This document shows positions 20,501 to 29,436 of a stretch of 64,000 nt of DNA, piece after piece. The DNA is from an uncultured Alphaproteobacteria bacterium (GTDB taxonomy: Bacteria; Pseudomonadota; Alphaproteobacteria; Rhizobiales; Xanthobacteraceae). The translations under genes and the position numbers were made by a program. Each line of letters opens with the position of its first letter. Positions within the stretch are counted from its first letter, which is position 1. The notes under the pieces are model-generated. The model did not search any database. It was not told the DNA's origin and saw only the letters and a program-made list of their open reading frames with translations. The DNA is taken from the NCBI GenBank assembly GCA_963770135.1, contig CAVYOM010000008.1, positions 59,720 to 123,719 on the forward strand. Reading direction: 5' to 3'.

Positions 20501-23196
20501 TCGGTGGAATCGGCCAGATAGCCCAGCGTCAACCAATCGAGCTGGGTGTCGTAGTCGGCAAGGCCCGTCTTCACGCCTGACGCCGTCACGCCGGTGACCG
20601 TGACCTCGTGCGTGTCGGTGAGATCGACGTCGGCAAACTTGATCGAGCCATTCGCCGTATCCGCCTGGTACGAACCATGCGCGCCGGCGACCTCGGCAAT
20701 GGCGGCCGTCTGCGCGCCGCTGGTAATCTCGACCGCGTCATTGCTGCCGGTGACGGTGACGTTGATCGGCTTGGTCACCACGCCGCCGTGCCCGTCATTG
20801 ACGGTTGCGGTGTAGGTCAGCGTCAGGATCTCGCCGTAGGCAAGGAAATCAAACGCATTGTCGGCTGTGCTGTAACTCCAGGTCGCCGAACCCTCATTGG
20901 TATTGCCGGGAGCCTGCACCACCGTCAGTGGTTGATCCACCGCTGATATCGCCGCGAGCTGCTTGGCCGTGAGCTGTAAGGTGACGTCGACGCTGCCGGC
21001 GTTGAGGTAGCTGAACCCAGAGAAGGCGGCGCTCGCCACCGGCCGGTCGGTCAGGTCGACGTCGGTGAAGCTGATCGTGCCGGATGCGACATGGATCGCC
21101 TCGGAGCCCGTCGGGTTCGGAAACTCAGCAAAAGCAGCGCTCGTGGCAGCAATGGTCGGCACGTCGTTGGTGCCGATGACGACGACGTCCGCGCCCTGGA
21201 TCGAGACTGTGATCGGCGTTGAGACAACGCCGCCATGGCCGTCATCGACCTGGGCGACGTAGTTGAGCGTCAGCCTCTCGCCATTGGCGATGAAATCGAA
21301 CTTGCTGTCCTCAACGCTGTAGGTCCAGCTCGCCGAGCCGTTGTGGGTATTTCCGGCCGCCTGGGTCACGCTCAGCGGTACCGCGACGGCGAGGATCGCC
21401 GCGATTTGCGCCGGCGTCAGCGTCGCGGTGATGTCGTGACCCTCCGCATCGTAATAGCGGAACGGTTCAGTCGCCGAGATCGCGGCGCTGACGACGGGGC
21501 GGTCCGTCAGGTCGACGTCGGCGAAGGTGACGGTGCCGGTCACGGTATCGACGGCCGCATTGCCGGTGCCGATCCGCTCGGTGATCGCGCCGCCGGTCGC
21601 CGACAGCGTCGGCTTGTCGTTGGTGCCGGTGATGACGATCGTAAACGGCACGAAGGTCGTCTCGTTGCTCGGCGCATAGTTGTTGTCGACCCGCGCCAGA
21701 TAGGTCAGCGTCAGCGTTTCGCCGGAGGCAAGAAAATCGAACGCGCCATCGGCAATGTTGTAGGTCCAGGTGGCGTGGCCGGTGTTCTTGCCGTTGGCAT
21801 CCTGCACGACGTTGAGCGGCACTTCGACCGCCTTGATCGCGGCCATTTGCTCCGCCGTCAGCGTCGCGGTGACGTTGGCGCCTTGCGCGTTCTGATAGGC
21901 GAAGGAAGAAAACTGCGCACTGACGCTCGGCCTGTCGTCGGGGTTGATGTCGGCATAGCCGACCGTGCCGGACACGCTGGTGGCAGCGGTGTCGGCGGTG
22001 ATGTCGACCCGTTCAGTAAGCGCGCCGCCGGACGCGGCGGCCAGCGGCGGGCCGGCAATATGATCGGGCCTGATTTCGGTGCCCGGCGGCGGCCCCCCGG
22101 TCGGCCTGTCGGGGATATTGATGAATTGAAGCGTTACCGGGACGACATCGTTGCTGGCGAGCTTGAGGAAAAAAGTTTCCGGAGTGATCGTGTCCGTGAA
22201 ATTCGTCGTGAGCTTGGTGTTCGGGTTGTTCAGGTCGGTGAACTTCAGCGAGAACACGTCGCTGATGATCTTCTGCGCATCGGGCGAAAGTTGCACGGAA
22301 GACTGGAAGCTGACCGCGCCCTGGCCATTGATGATGGTCTGCGTGCCGGCGCGGTTGACGGTCGCGATCTGCGTCAGCGTGGTCTTGTCGAACAGGATGT
22401 AGGAGCCGGTGGTGCCGTCGGGCTCGACCAGCACCTGGAATTTCGCCGGCGGCGCACCGCCTTGCACCGGCACATCGAAATCGATCTCGACCAGCACCGC
22501 GGTGCCGCGGATGCCCATGGTCGCGACCGGGGTGTCGACCTTCATGTCGCCTTTCTTGGCGGTGGCGCCGGCGACGAATGAGATCGTGCCAGCCACCAGG
22601 CTGAGCAGCGATTTGTTGTCCGACCCGTTGGGGTCGTAGATCATTTCGTTCAGCACCATCTTGGCGTTCGACGCGAGGCCGAACACGGTGCCGTCGATGA
22701 AGGTGATGCCGAGCGTGGAATCGGAGCCGGACTGGACCACGTCGCCTTTGTTGACGTTGTCGCCCTGGTTCAGGATGATCGAAACGCCGTTGCGGATCGC
22801 GGTGGCATTGCCCGTGAGCTTGGTGACATGACCAATGACGACGGCGACGCTGGCGCTGCCGCCGGCCTGCGCGAACTGGGTGTGCCCGGTCAGCGCGTTG
22901 ACGAGGTCGCCGGTGAGGTGCGCGCCGTCAGGCGAGGCCAGCGCGGCGCGCTTCTCGCCCTTGAAGTAATCCTGCAGCACGAGTTCGCGGTCGCCGCTGG
23001 TGAGGATCAGGTCGACGCCCGAGCGCTTGAAGTCGCCAGTGAAGAGCAGATGGGCATCAGAAACAATTATGGCGTCGGACGGCGCATGTGTCGAAACCTT
23101 GTCGACATGGAACTTGCCGGGAGACGAAAGATGGCCGTGCGGTGACAGCGAAGGCCCGACGGCCAATATCCCCACCGGAAAAAGGGTCGAGTTCAC
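17563..23196 (-). CDS. Giant surface protein/adhesin: FecR-like domain + VCBS/cadherin-like repeats + RTX/T1SS C-terminal signal (true start may be TTG 23224 across a frameshift)
   Basis: TPVATMGIRGT (FecR-like), repeated FD.LA.GETLTLTY...V.I.G.ND.P units, C-terminal LTGGAGADQFVF..DTITDFTPGQDRIDL. Confidence 0.9.
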   Translation of the reverse strand: MNSTLFPVGILAVGPSLSPHGHLSSPGKFHVDKVSTHAPSDAIIVSDAHLLFTGDFKRSGVDLILTSGDRELVLQDYFKGEKRAALASPDGAHLTGDLVNALTGHTQFAQAGGSASVAVVIGHVTKLTGNATAIRNGVSIILNQGDNVNKGDVVQSGSDSTLGITFIDGTVFGLASNAKMVLNEMIYDPNGSDNKSLLSLVAGTISFVAGATAKKGDMKVDTPVATMGIRGTAVLVEIDFDVPVQGGAPPAKFQVLVEPDGTTGSYILFDKTTLTQIATVNRAGTQTIINGQGAVSFQSSVQLSPDAQKIISDVFSLKFTDLNNPNTKLTTNFTDTITPETFFLKLASNDVVPVTLQFINIPDRPTGGPPPGTEIRPDHIAGPPLAAASGGALTERVDITADTAATSVSGTVGYADINPDDRPSVSAQFSSFAYQNAQGANVTATLTAEQMAAIKAVEVPLNVVQDANGKNTGHATWTYNIADGAFDFLASGETLTLTYLARVDNNYAPSNETTFVPFTIVITGTNDKPTLSATGGAITERIGTGNAAVDTVTGTVTFADVDLTDRPVVSAAISATEPFRYYDAEGHDITATLTPAQIAAILAVAVPLSVTQAAGNTHNGSASWTYSVEDSKFDFIANGERLTLNYVAQVDDGHGGVVSTPITVSIQGADVVVIGTNDVPTIAATSAAFAEFPNPTGSEAIHVASGTISFTDVDLTDRPVASAAFSGFSYLNAGSVDVTLQLTAKQLAAISAVDQPLTVVQAPGNTNEGSATWSYSTADNAFDFLAYGEILTLTYTATVNDGHGGVVTKPINVTVTGSNDAVEITSGAQTAAIAEVAGAHGSYQADTANGSIKFADVDLTDTHEVTVTGVTASGVKTGLADYDTQLDWLTLGYLADSTDRIAGSQAWSFAAPDHYFDYLANGETVTLTYTVKIDDHHGGFTSQDVLITVTGSNDAPTVTASNGAITEMAGTGNTALDHAGGSISFADLDLSDRPIVSASFSGYAYKAANGTSNFSLTAQQQHDLGVSLTLTPAGGNTNNGSVSWSYDVADSQFDFLANNETLTLTYTATVDDHHGGVITKPVTVTITGSNDTPTLAAELAGKLTDTAANDGFGNITGVLDGSDADHGETATLSYRVVDAEGRATNEPVAGAFGSLTVNADGTYTYIPNAAAINALHGGNSIDTFTVKTVDVHGAFATAVLTIDVNGANDTPTLAAELAGTLADTAAADTFADITGTLDGSDRDSGETATLSYGVVDAPGHATNESVAGMFGSLKVNADGTYTYVPDAAAINALHEGNYTDTFTVRTSDVHGAVATAILTVNVQGANDTPSIVGEVNPPAQIVVVTSKHVLAAGVNVNSLGVSTETFDDQTPGSSSNNGEGRGNFHSNALGADFLASENAGVVIGSSASVTAAPFVGPLPGNQDTTKYLSIGANATETITFASEKNVFGLYWGSVDSYNTIKFYDGTTLVASYTGADISPLLSTGNQGSFASNGYVEFQGLHSFNKVVLGSTSNAFEIDNISAGYVPPLKTVTGTLNVHDADIGDTLTAFVTGNATIDYNGSTTIPGGIDISALLDAGGVTFDTMLSNGGTAVLQWTYHPTDANLNFLHAGDVLKIKFIAEVSDGHGHTGNQPLTVTLVGAANASTAAAAGPVIGTEAFTITELGNGVTKISGLHVTDADATASTDTFTVSAATGNVGSSVSPSAGSGAGIAGLNAALDNGIVYDAHSPQPQTDSVTLTVADSFGHTDRVHFIFNQGGSGPDVTLTGTSGKDVIFATDHADTLTGGAGADQFVFAPGQNPSADTITDFTPGQDRIDLRLFSEVGADNINGWLSTHAVQSSTSPADVLITLGNEAITLKNVAVTSLHVSDFIVSPHHVT

Positions 23197-23905
23197 CCGA
23201 TTGGAATTTGCCGGCGTAGTTCAATGGGACACCAACTTAAATGGTTAAGAAGTATGAAATTTCTCTGCGGGGTTTTCATACCACGCAGGTAAGGAACACA
23301 AAAGTACGCGGCCGGGGAACACCCTTAATATGGGTAAGTCTGCAACAGGACCGAAAAGGTCCGGAAAAACTGTCGGGCGAAAGTGTGGCGAGGAAAAGGC
23401 CCGGATTTAACCAGGGCTGATTGAAAAATGGGCACGGCCGTCAGAGTCATAAAGATAAGCAGATACAACACTTTACCTTGCCGTAACCCGGCGTTGCGGC
23501 TTCCTCAGGGAAGCGACAGCCGCCTGAAGGCTGATCACTTTCCCTGGTCCCGTTGAAGCCGCCATCCCTTCGAACCATCGGGACCGGTTGCAATTGCCTA
23601 CCGAGCTATTCTGCGGGCAGGGTTAATTCGGTGACGCTGTTGCCCTTTCGCAACCGTAAAACTGGCGCTGTATCCCGCAATCCCTTGCCGGCTAACCGGG
23701 CGGCTTTGACGAGCGCCATCTGAGTCGGATCGATAAAATTAGCTGTAACTGGCAAGGCCACGTTCAGGCTGTTCCGCAAACTCCGGGCTCGCCCCCTATC
23801 GTTTTAGACAGATCAAAAGATCCCTTGCCCATCCTGCCCATTCCGAAATGATCCGGTCACGCGCAGGCAGAGCAGGCCAGCCGATGCCCGGACAAGGGGC
23901 GTCAG

Positions 23906-24811
23906 ATGGGATTATCAGTCTATGCGCGCGCATGGCGTGCGGGCATCATCGCGTGCGGTCTGGCCTGGTTCGGGCCGGTTGACCTGCGGGCTGAGACGCC
24001 GGAGCTATCCGCGCCGGCAGAGCTGATCCAGCGATCGGCCGAACCGTTCGGGCTTGCCGCAGCTTCCCTCTCCAGCGGCGGACTGCGCGACAAATGGCTC
24101 GGCGTGCAGCGCCGGCTCGACGACGAAATGGTGCAGCTTGCGCTCTGCGAAGGCGACCGTGACGGCTGCGTGTCTCCGGCCGCGCTGAAATTCCTCGACA
24201 TCGTCGACGCCGCGCGCCTGCGCGAAGGCCGCGCCCGGCTCGGCGAAATCAACCGCGCCATCAATCTCGCCATCCGGCCGATCAGCGACCTCGCCCAACA
24301 CGGCCAGATCGACGTCTGGACATCGCCGCTCGCAACGCTCGCGCGTGGCGGTGGCGATTGCGAGGATTATGCGATTGCGAAATTCATCGCCTTGCGCCGC
24401 GCCGGCATCGCGCCCGACGATCTCAGGATCGTGGTCCTGCGCGATACCATCCATGGCGAGGACCATGCGGTGGCCGCGGCGCGGCTGGACGGACGCTGGC
24501 TTATGCTCGACAACCGCCGCATGGCGATGGTCGAGGATGCCGACGTCAGAAATTTCCAGCCGACATTCGTGATCGGCCAACACGGCGTGATGCGATACGC
24601 CGATGCCCCCCTGCTCGCCGACGCCGTCGGGCAACAATCCTGCGGCGTCGCTCGTCGTGAGTTCTCTGGCCGCCTCGGCGGAACCGGCCATCTGAACGCG
24701 CCGACTGACGGCGCTGCAATTTGTTGCGTGGCGGCAGCCGACAACAATTTGCTTTCCTTGCCTGATCTTCCCTCGCCTCATGACCATGGTGCGCTGCAGC
24801 CGCAATGCTGA
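23906..24811 (+). CDS. Transglutaminase-like cysteine protease (BTLCP, peptidase C93, LapG-like); native end may be TGA 24695 with a +1 frameshift near 24625
   Basis: Signal peptide; GDCEDYAIAK, HAV, LDN = Cys-His-Asp triad. Confidence 0.88.
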   Translation: MGLSVYARAWRAGIIACGLAWFGPVDLRAETPELSAPAELIQRSAEPFGLAAASLSSGGLRDKWLGVQRRLDDEMVQLALCEGDRDGCVSPAALKFLDIVDAARLREGRARLGEINRAINLAIRPISDLAQHGQIDVWTSPLATLARGGGDCEDYAIAKFIALRRAGIAPDDLRIVVLRDTIHGEDHAVAAARLDGRWLMLDNRRMAMVEDADVRNFQPTFVIGQHGVMRYADAPLLADAVGQQSCGVARREFSGRLGGTGHLNAPTDGAAICCVAAADNNLLSLPDLPSPHDHGALQPQC

Positions 24812-24971
24812 TCGCATTCCGAAAACATGACGAGACAAGTTTCTCGTTTTCTCTTCGCAGCGAGCTCGCGCGTCATCTTCGACTTTCGTATTGACGCTTT
24901 CCCGTTTCAGGAAGATGTTGATCCGCAGTGCCAGAAAATAGGCACGCAGGGAGTTCAACGGGAGGGACCGC

Positions 24972-26636
24972 ATGAAGTGCATTGCGTTTGCCGCAAGCCT
25001 TGTCATTCTTGCGCCGTTCGGTGCAAGCGCTCAGACCACCGACCAATTGGTCAAGGGAGCGACCGACACAGCGAACGTTCTCAACTACGGTATGGGCTAT
25101 AATCTGCAGCGGTTCAGTCCGCTTACGCAAATCAGCAAGGACAACGTCAAGAATCTTGTTCCGGTGTGGAACTACAGCTTCGCAGATGACCGAAGCGCGC
25201 AGTCGCAGCCGATTGTATACCAGGGTGTCATATACATCACCAACCACAACGCGACGATGGCGGTTGACGCCAAAACCGGCAAGCAAATCTGGAAGACCAA
25301 GGTCGAGTACCCCGCAGAGACGCCGCGCATCGTGTGTTGCGGCATCATCAACCGCGGCGGCGCGATCCACGAGGGCAAGCTTTTCCGCACCACGCTCGAC
25401 GCCCACGTCATCGCGCTGGACATGAAGACCGGCAAGGAACTGTGGCGTCAGAAAGCGGCCGACATCAAGGAAGGCTATTCGATGACCGTGGCGCCGCTCG
25501 TGGCGGACGGCGTTGTCATCACCGGCATTTCCGGCGCGGAGTTCGGGACCCGCGGCTTCATCGATGGTTGGGATCCGCAGACGGGCAAGCGCCTGTGGCG
25601 GACCCACACGGTACCGAGCCCCGAGGAGCCCGGCGGCGACACCTGGAAAGGCGACACCTGGAAGCTCGGTGGCGGATCGACATGGATCACCGGCTCCTAT
25701 GATCCGGAGCTGAATACGGTGTATTGGGGCGTCGGCAACCCGGGGCCGTTCAATGCGGCGGTGCGTCCCGGCGACAATCTGTACACCTGCGCGGTGCTGG
25801 CGCTCGAGCCGAAGACCGGCAAGATCAAATGGCACTATCAGTTCTCGCCGAACAATCCGTTCGACTATGACGCGGTCGCCGAGATGGTGCTTGCCGACAT
25901 GACGATCGAAGGCAAGCCCACCAAGGTGCTGATGGATGCCAATCGCAACGGCTTCTTCTATGTGCTTGACCGGACGAACGGGAAACTGCTCGCGGCCAAT
26001 CCCTATGTGAAGGTGAACTGGGCCACCGGCATCGACATGAAGACCGGCCGTCCGATCGAGACCGATGTCTCCAAGGACGCCCGCGAAGGCAAGAAGGTCA
26101 TGGTTCAGCCGTCGATCCTCGGCGGCAAGAATTGGGAGCCGATGTCGTACAATCCGCAGACCGGCCTTGCCTACGCCAATACGCTCAATATCGGCGGCAA
26201 CTACAAGGCCGAACCAGCCGTCTTCAAGCAAGGCGAATGGTACCTCGGCATGGACCTGACGGATCCGTGGGCGTGGCCGGACGGACCGCGCGGCTATCTC
26301 AAGGCCATCGATCCCATGACCGGAAAGGCCAAGTGGGAAGTGCCGAGCGACATACCGCGGTTCTCGGGCGTGCTGTCGACGGCCGGCGGGGTCGTGTTCT
26401 CCGGCCAGTTGACCGGCGAGTTCGATGCCTTTGACGCCAACGACGGCAAGAAGCTGTGGAGCTTCCAGACCGGCTCGGGCATCGAGGGACAACCGGTGAC
26501 CTGGCAGCAGGACGGCGTCCAGTACATCGCCGTCACCAGCGGCTATGGCGGCGTCTACTCGATCTTCTCCGGCGATGAGCGGCTTGCCAACGTGCCGACA
26601 GGCGGTTCGCTGTGGGTTTTCGCGGTCAAGAACTGA
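24972..26636 (+). CDS. PQQ-dependent alcohol dehydrogenase (methanol/ethanol family), probably lanthanide-dependent
   Basis: Signal peptide, vicinal CC (VCCGIINRG), GAEFG, GNPGP, FDYDA, Trp-docking repeats. Confidence 0.9.
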   Translation: MKCIAFAASLVILAPFGASAQTTDQLVKGATDTANVLNYGMGYNLQRFSPLTQISKDNVKNLVPVWNYSFADDRSAQSQPIVYQGVIYITNHNATMAVDAKTGKQIWKTKVEYPAETPRIVCCGIINRGGAIHEGKLFRTTLDAHVIALDMKTGKELWRQKAADIKEGYSMTVAPLVADGVVITGISGAEFGTRGFIDGWDPQTGKRLWRTHTVPSPEEPGGDTWKGDTWKLGGGSTWITGSYDPELNTVYWGVGNPGPFNAAVRPGDNLYTCAVLALEPKTGKIKWHYQFSPNNPFDYDAVAEMVLADMTIEGKPTKVLMDANRNGFFYVLDRTNGKLLAANPYVKVNWATGIDMKTGRPIETDVSKDAREGKKVMVQPSILGGKNWEPMSYNPQTGLAYANTLNIGGNYKAEPAVFKQGEWYLGMDLTDPWAWPDGPRGYLKAIDPMTGKAKWEVPSDIPRFSGVLSTAGGVVFSGQLTGEFDAFDANDGKKLWSFQTGSGIEGQPVTWQQDGVQYIAVTSGYGGVYSIFSGDERLANVPTGGSLWVFAVKN

Positions 26637-26649
26637 TCGCGGAACGCCG

Positions 26650-27004
26650 ATGACGGACAAGGTATCGAAGCGGACGGCGGCGTCTCTCGCCGCCGTCGCG
26701 GTGGCGGCAATGGCGTGGATGGCGATGCCGGCTACCGCGCAGCAACAAGCCGCCGTCAGCGATCAGGCGCTGATCGGTCCCGGCAAGACCACTTATGCGC
26801 AGAAATGCTCGCACTGCCATGGTCCGAACATGGTCACTGCCGGCACGGTCGCCCCCGACTTGCGTGGCGTTCCCGGATGACAACGCGCGGTTCACCACGA
26901 CGGTGAAGCAGGGCAAGAACAACATGCCGCCGTGGAAGGACATTCTGAGCGATCAGGAGATCACCGAGATCTGGGCCTTTGTATCGAGCCGGAGGAAGCA
27001 ATGA
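26650..27004 (+). pseudogene. Class I cytochrome c (electron acceptor for the PQQ enzyme), frameshifted near 26866 (likely sequencing error)
   Basis: CSHCH in the first frame and NMPPW in the +1 frame; removing one G of GG 26866-7 gives DLRAFPDD. Confidence 0.85.
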
Positions 27005-27922
27005 AGCGCTGGCTCGCAGTCGCTGCCGTGCTGCTTGCGACGGCGGCCGCGGCGCGCGCGGATGACGATCCGCTGAAAGTCTGCCTCGACGAGAACCTGC
27101 CTCCCCTTTCGATGCATCAGCGCGGAAAGCCCGACAGCGGGTTTGACGTCGCGCTGGCGCAGGCGGTTGCCGGCCGCCTCGGCCGACCGCTCAAGATCCA
27201 GTGGTTTGAAAGCAAACTCGACGAAAGCTCGAGCCCGGCCCTCGAAGCCAATGCGTTGCTTTCCGACGGCCGCTGCGCGCTGGTCGGCAGCTATGCCTTG
27301 ACCCGGGACTCGCTCAAGGTGCCCGGCGTCAAGACGGCGAAGCTGCCGGATTTCGAGGGCGCTACCCGCGACGACCGCCGCCGCCGCGTGCCGGTCGGCG
27401 TGCTTGCGCCGAGCCAGCCCTATGTCTACTCGCCACTGACCGTCGTGCTCGGCGAGAAGGCGCGCGGCCGCAAGATCTCCGGCGTCGGCGATCTCGCCGG
27501 GCTACGCATCGCGATCGAAAGCGGCACGCTTGGCGACGCGATCCTGATGACTTTCGAAAACGGACGCTTGATCGACCACATCACGCATCTGGTCCCGGGA
27601 CGACACGACTTGCTCGGCGCGCTCAATGGCGGCGAATTCGATGCGACATTGCTCGACCTGAGCCGCTTCGATGCCTACCGCGCCGCCCATCCCGATATCC
27701 AGGCTAGCCGCATCCGGTTACTATTATCCCATCGGCGTTAATCGGGGTTATGTCGGCCTCGCCAGCGATCCGGCGCTCATCGTCGCCGTCAACAAGGCAC
27801 TCTCCGATTTGCAGGCGGCGGGAACCATAGCCGACCTCGCGAAGGCCGCCGGCCTCACCTATCTGCCGCCCGTACAACCGGCGATCCTCGGCGACGAGTT
27901 GCTGAAGGTACTGCAGAAATAA
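27001..27922 (+). pseudogene. MxaJ/XoxJ-like periplasmic binding protein, frameshifted near 27700 (likely sequencing error)
   Basis: LKVCLDENLPPLS..GFDVALAQAVA; the C-terminus ASGYYYPIG..VNKAL is in the +1 frame; removing one C at 27699-700 joins them. Confidence 0.8.
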
Positions 27923-27934
27923 CGGCGCGCGCTC

Positions 27935-28053
27935 GCTCGTCATGCCCGGGCAAAAGCGCGAAGCGCGTCTTCGCGCTAGATGTCCCGTCCATCCACGTCT
28001 TGAGCTTCGCGCCGACGACGTGGATGGACGGGACAAGCCCGGCCATGACGAGC
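27935..28053. repeat. CGTC-type REP-like element (family A, copy 3) carrying an inserted GC-rich hairpin
   Basis: Family A arms with the extra segment AAAAGCGCGAAGCGCGTCTTCGCGCTAGA. Confidence 0.85.
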
Positions 28054-28142
28054 CGAGATATCTCACAACAACAAAGGGCTGCGCGATCGTCTCGCGCAGC
28101 CCCTATGTCGTTAGCCTTTGCCGTTGCGAGCGACGCGCTCCC

Positions 28143-29342
28143 TCAGAACATCAGGCCTTCCTTGACCAGCACCCAGCGGCCGCTCTTGACCTGCTGGACC
28201 TGGGTGATCGTGTTGGCCAGATGGTCGGTCTTGGAGAACTTGGTCGGCGGCGAGTTGAAGATGTCGAGGAACTTGTCGCCGGATTCCAGCGCGTCCATCA
28301 TCTTCTGGCCGGTCAGGTCCTTGCCCGCCTTGTTGGCGTAGAACGCAAAGGTCATCATGGCGTTGTAGCCGATGATCGCCTGCGTGTTGGCGTCGGTGCT
28401 GAACATCTTCTTGTAGTTGGCGAGCCAATCCTTGACCTTGCCCTTTGCGGTGTCTTCGTACGGGATTTCGAAACCGGACGCCGCATAGAGGCCTTCGACC
28501 GCTTCCTTGCCGAGCGCCGGCACTTCCAGCACGTTGGTCGGCGTGGCGCCGAGGAAGGTGACGTCCCAGCCGAGCTTCTTGGCTTCGCCCATCGCGCCGA
28601 TGGTTTCGCGGATGACGGTGCCGAGCACGACCATGTCGCAGCCATCGGACTTCATCTTGGCGATCTGCGCGCTGAAGTCGGAAGCGCCGCGCTTGTAGCT
28701 CGTGACCGAAGCCGGCGTCACCTTCATCGCCGTGAGCTGCTGGGTGAAGCCGTCGAGCACGTTCTTTCCGTACTCGTCGTCCTGATGCATGATGCAGGGC
28801 TTCTTGAAGTTTTTCGCCTCCATCATGTACTTGACCGCGGCGCGCGTGCTCTCGACATAGGGCAGCAGATTGTTGAACTTCAGCCGCTCCTGCGGCTTGG
28901 CCGGATCGAACTTGAAGGTGAATTCGGCGGCCGTCAGCGGGAACAGTTGCAGCACGCCGGCGTCGAACAGGATGTCCTGCGCGGCGAGCACGGTCGGCGA
29001 ACCCATCGGGCCGATCATGGCGAAGATCTTGTCGCGCTCGACCATCTTTTGCGAGGCCAGCACGGCCTTCTTCGGATCGTAGCCGTTGTCCTCGAGAATC
29101 ATCTTGATCTTGCGGCCGTTGATGCCGCCGGCGGCGTTGATTTCCTCAACCGCCATCTTCATGCCGTTGGAAACCGGAACGCCCCAGACCTTGATCGGGC
29201 CGGACAGATCCTGATGGGTGCCGACGACGATCTCGCTCGCCGAGACGCCCTCATTGGTAACCTTGGTCTGGGCCGCGGCCGGCAGCTGGGTCAGCGCAAG
29301 GGCGCTCACCGCAAGGCCCAACGCCCTAAACGATTTCGACAT
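28143..29342 (-). CDS. Branched-chain-type (LivK-like) ABC substrate-binding protein
   Basis: Signal peptide, DLSGP, GGINGRKI..EDNGYDP. Confidence 0.93.
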   Translation of the reverse strand: MSKSFRALGLAVSALALTQLPAAAQTKVTNEGVSASEIVVGTHQDLSGPIKVWGVPVSNGMKMAVEEINAAGGINGRKIKMILEDNGYDPKKAVLASQKMVERDKIFAMIGPMGSPTVLAAQDILFDAGVLQLFPLTAAEFTFKFDPAKPQERLKFNNLLPYVESTRAAVKYMMEAKNFKKPCIMHQDDEYGKNVLDGFTQQLTAMKVTPASVTSYKRGASDFSAQIAKMKSDGCDMVVLGTVIRETIGAMGEAKKLGWDVTFLGATPTNVLEVPALGKEAVEGLYAASGFEIPYEDTAKGKVKDWLANYKKMFSTDANTQAIIGYNAMMTFAFYANKAGKDLTGQKMMDALESGDKFLDIFNSPPTKFSKTDHLANTITQVQQVKSGRWVLVKEGLMF

Positions 29343-29436
29343 TGCAATATCCTCCTTGTTGGCCCGTGATGAGCGAAGGGTGGGGCCTTCTCAATCCTTC
29401 GCCGTTTTCAAAATTCCGCTCCGATGTCCACATCGC

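Noticed and set aside
24873-26660. Long antisense ORFs (e.g. 24873-26660, 10168-11646, 15851-17377, 21235-22581, 27942-29369)
   Set aside because: Shadow frames of well-supported genes in high-GC DNA; Arg/Ala-rich with no motifs.
26860-27705. Programmed ribosomal frameshifting in the cytochrome c and J-like genes
   Set aside because: No slippery heptamer, and the same +1 pattern hits unrelated neighbouring genes.
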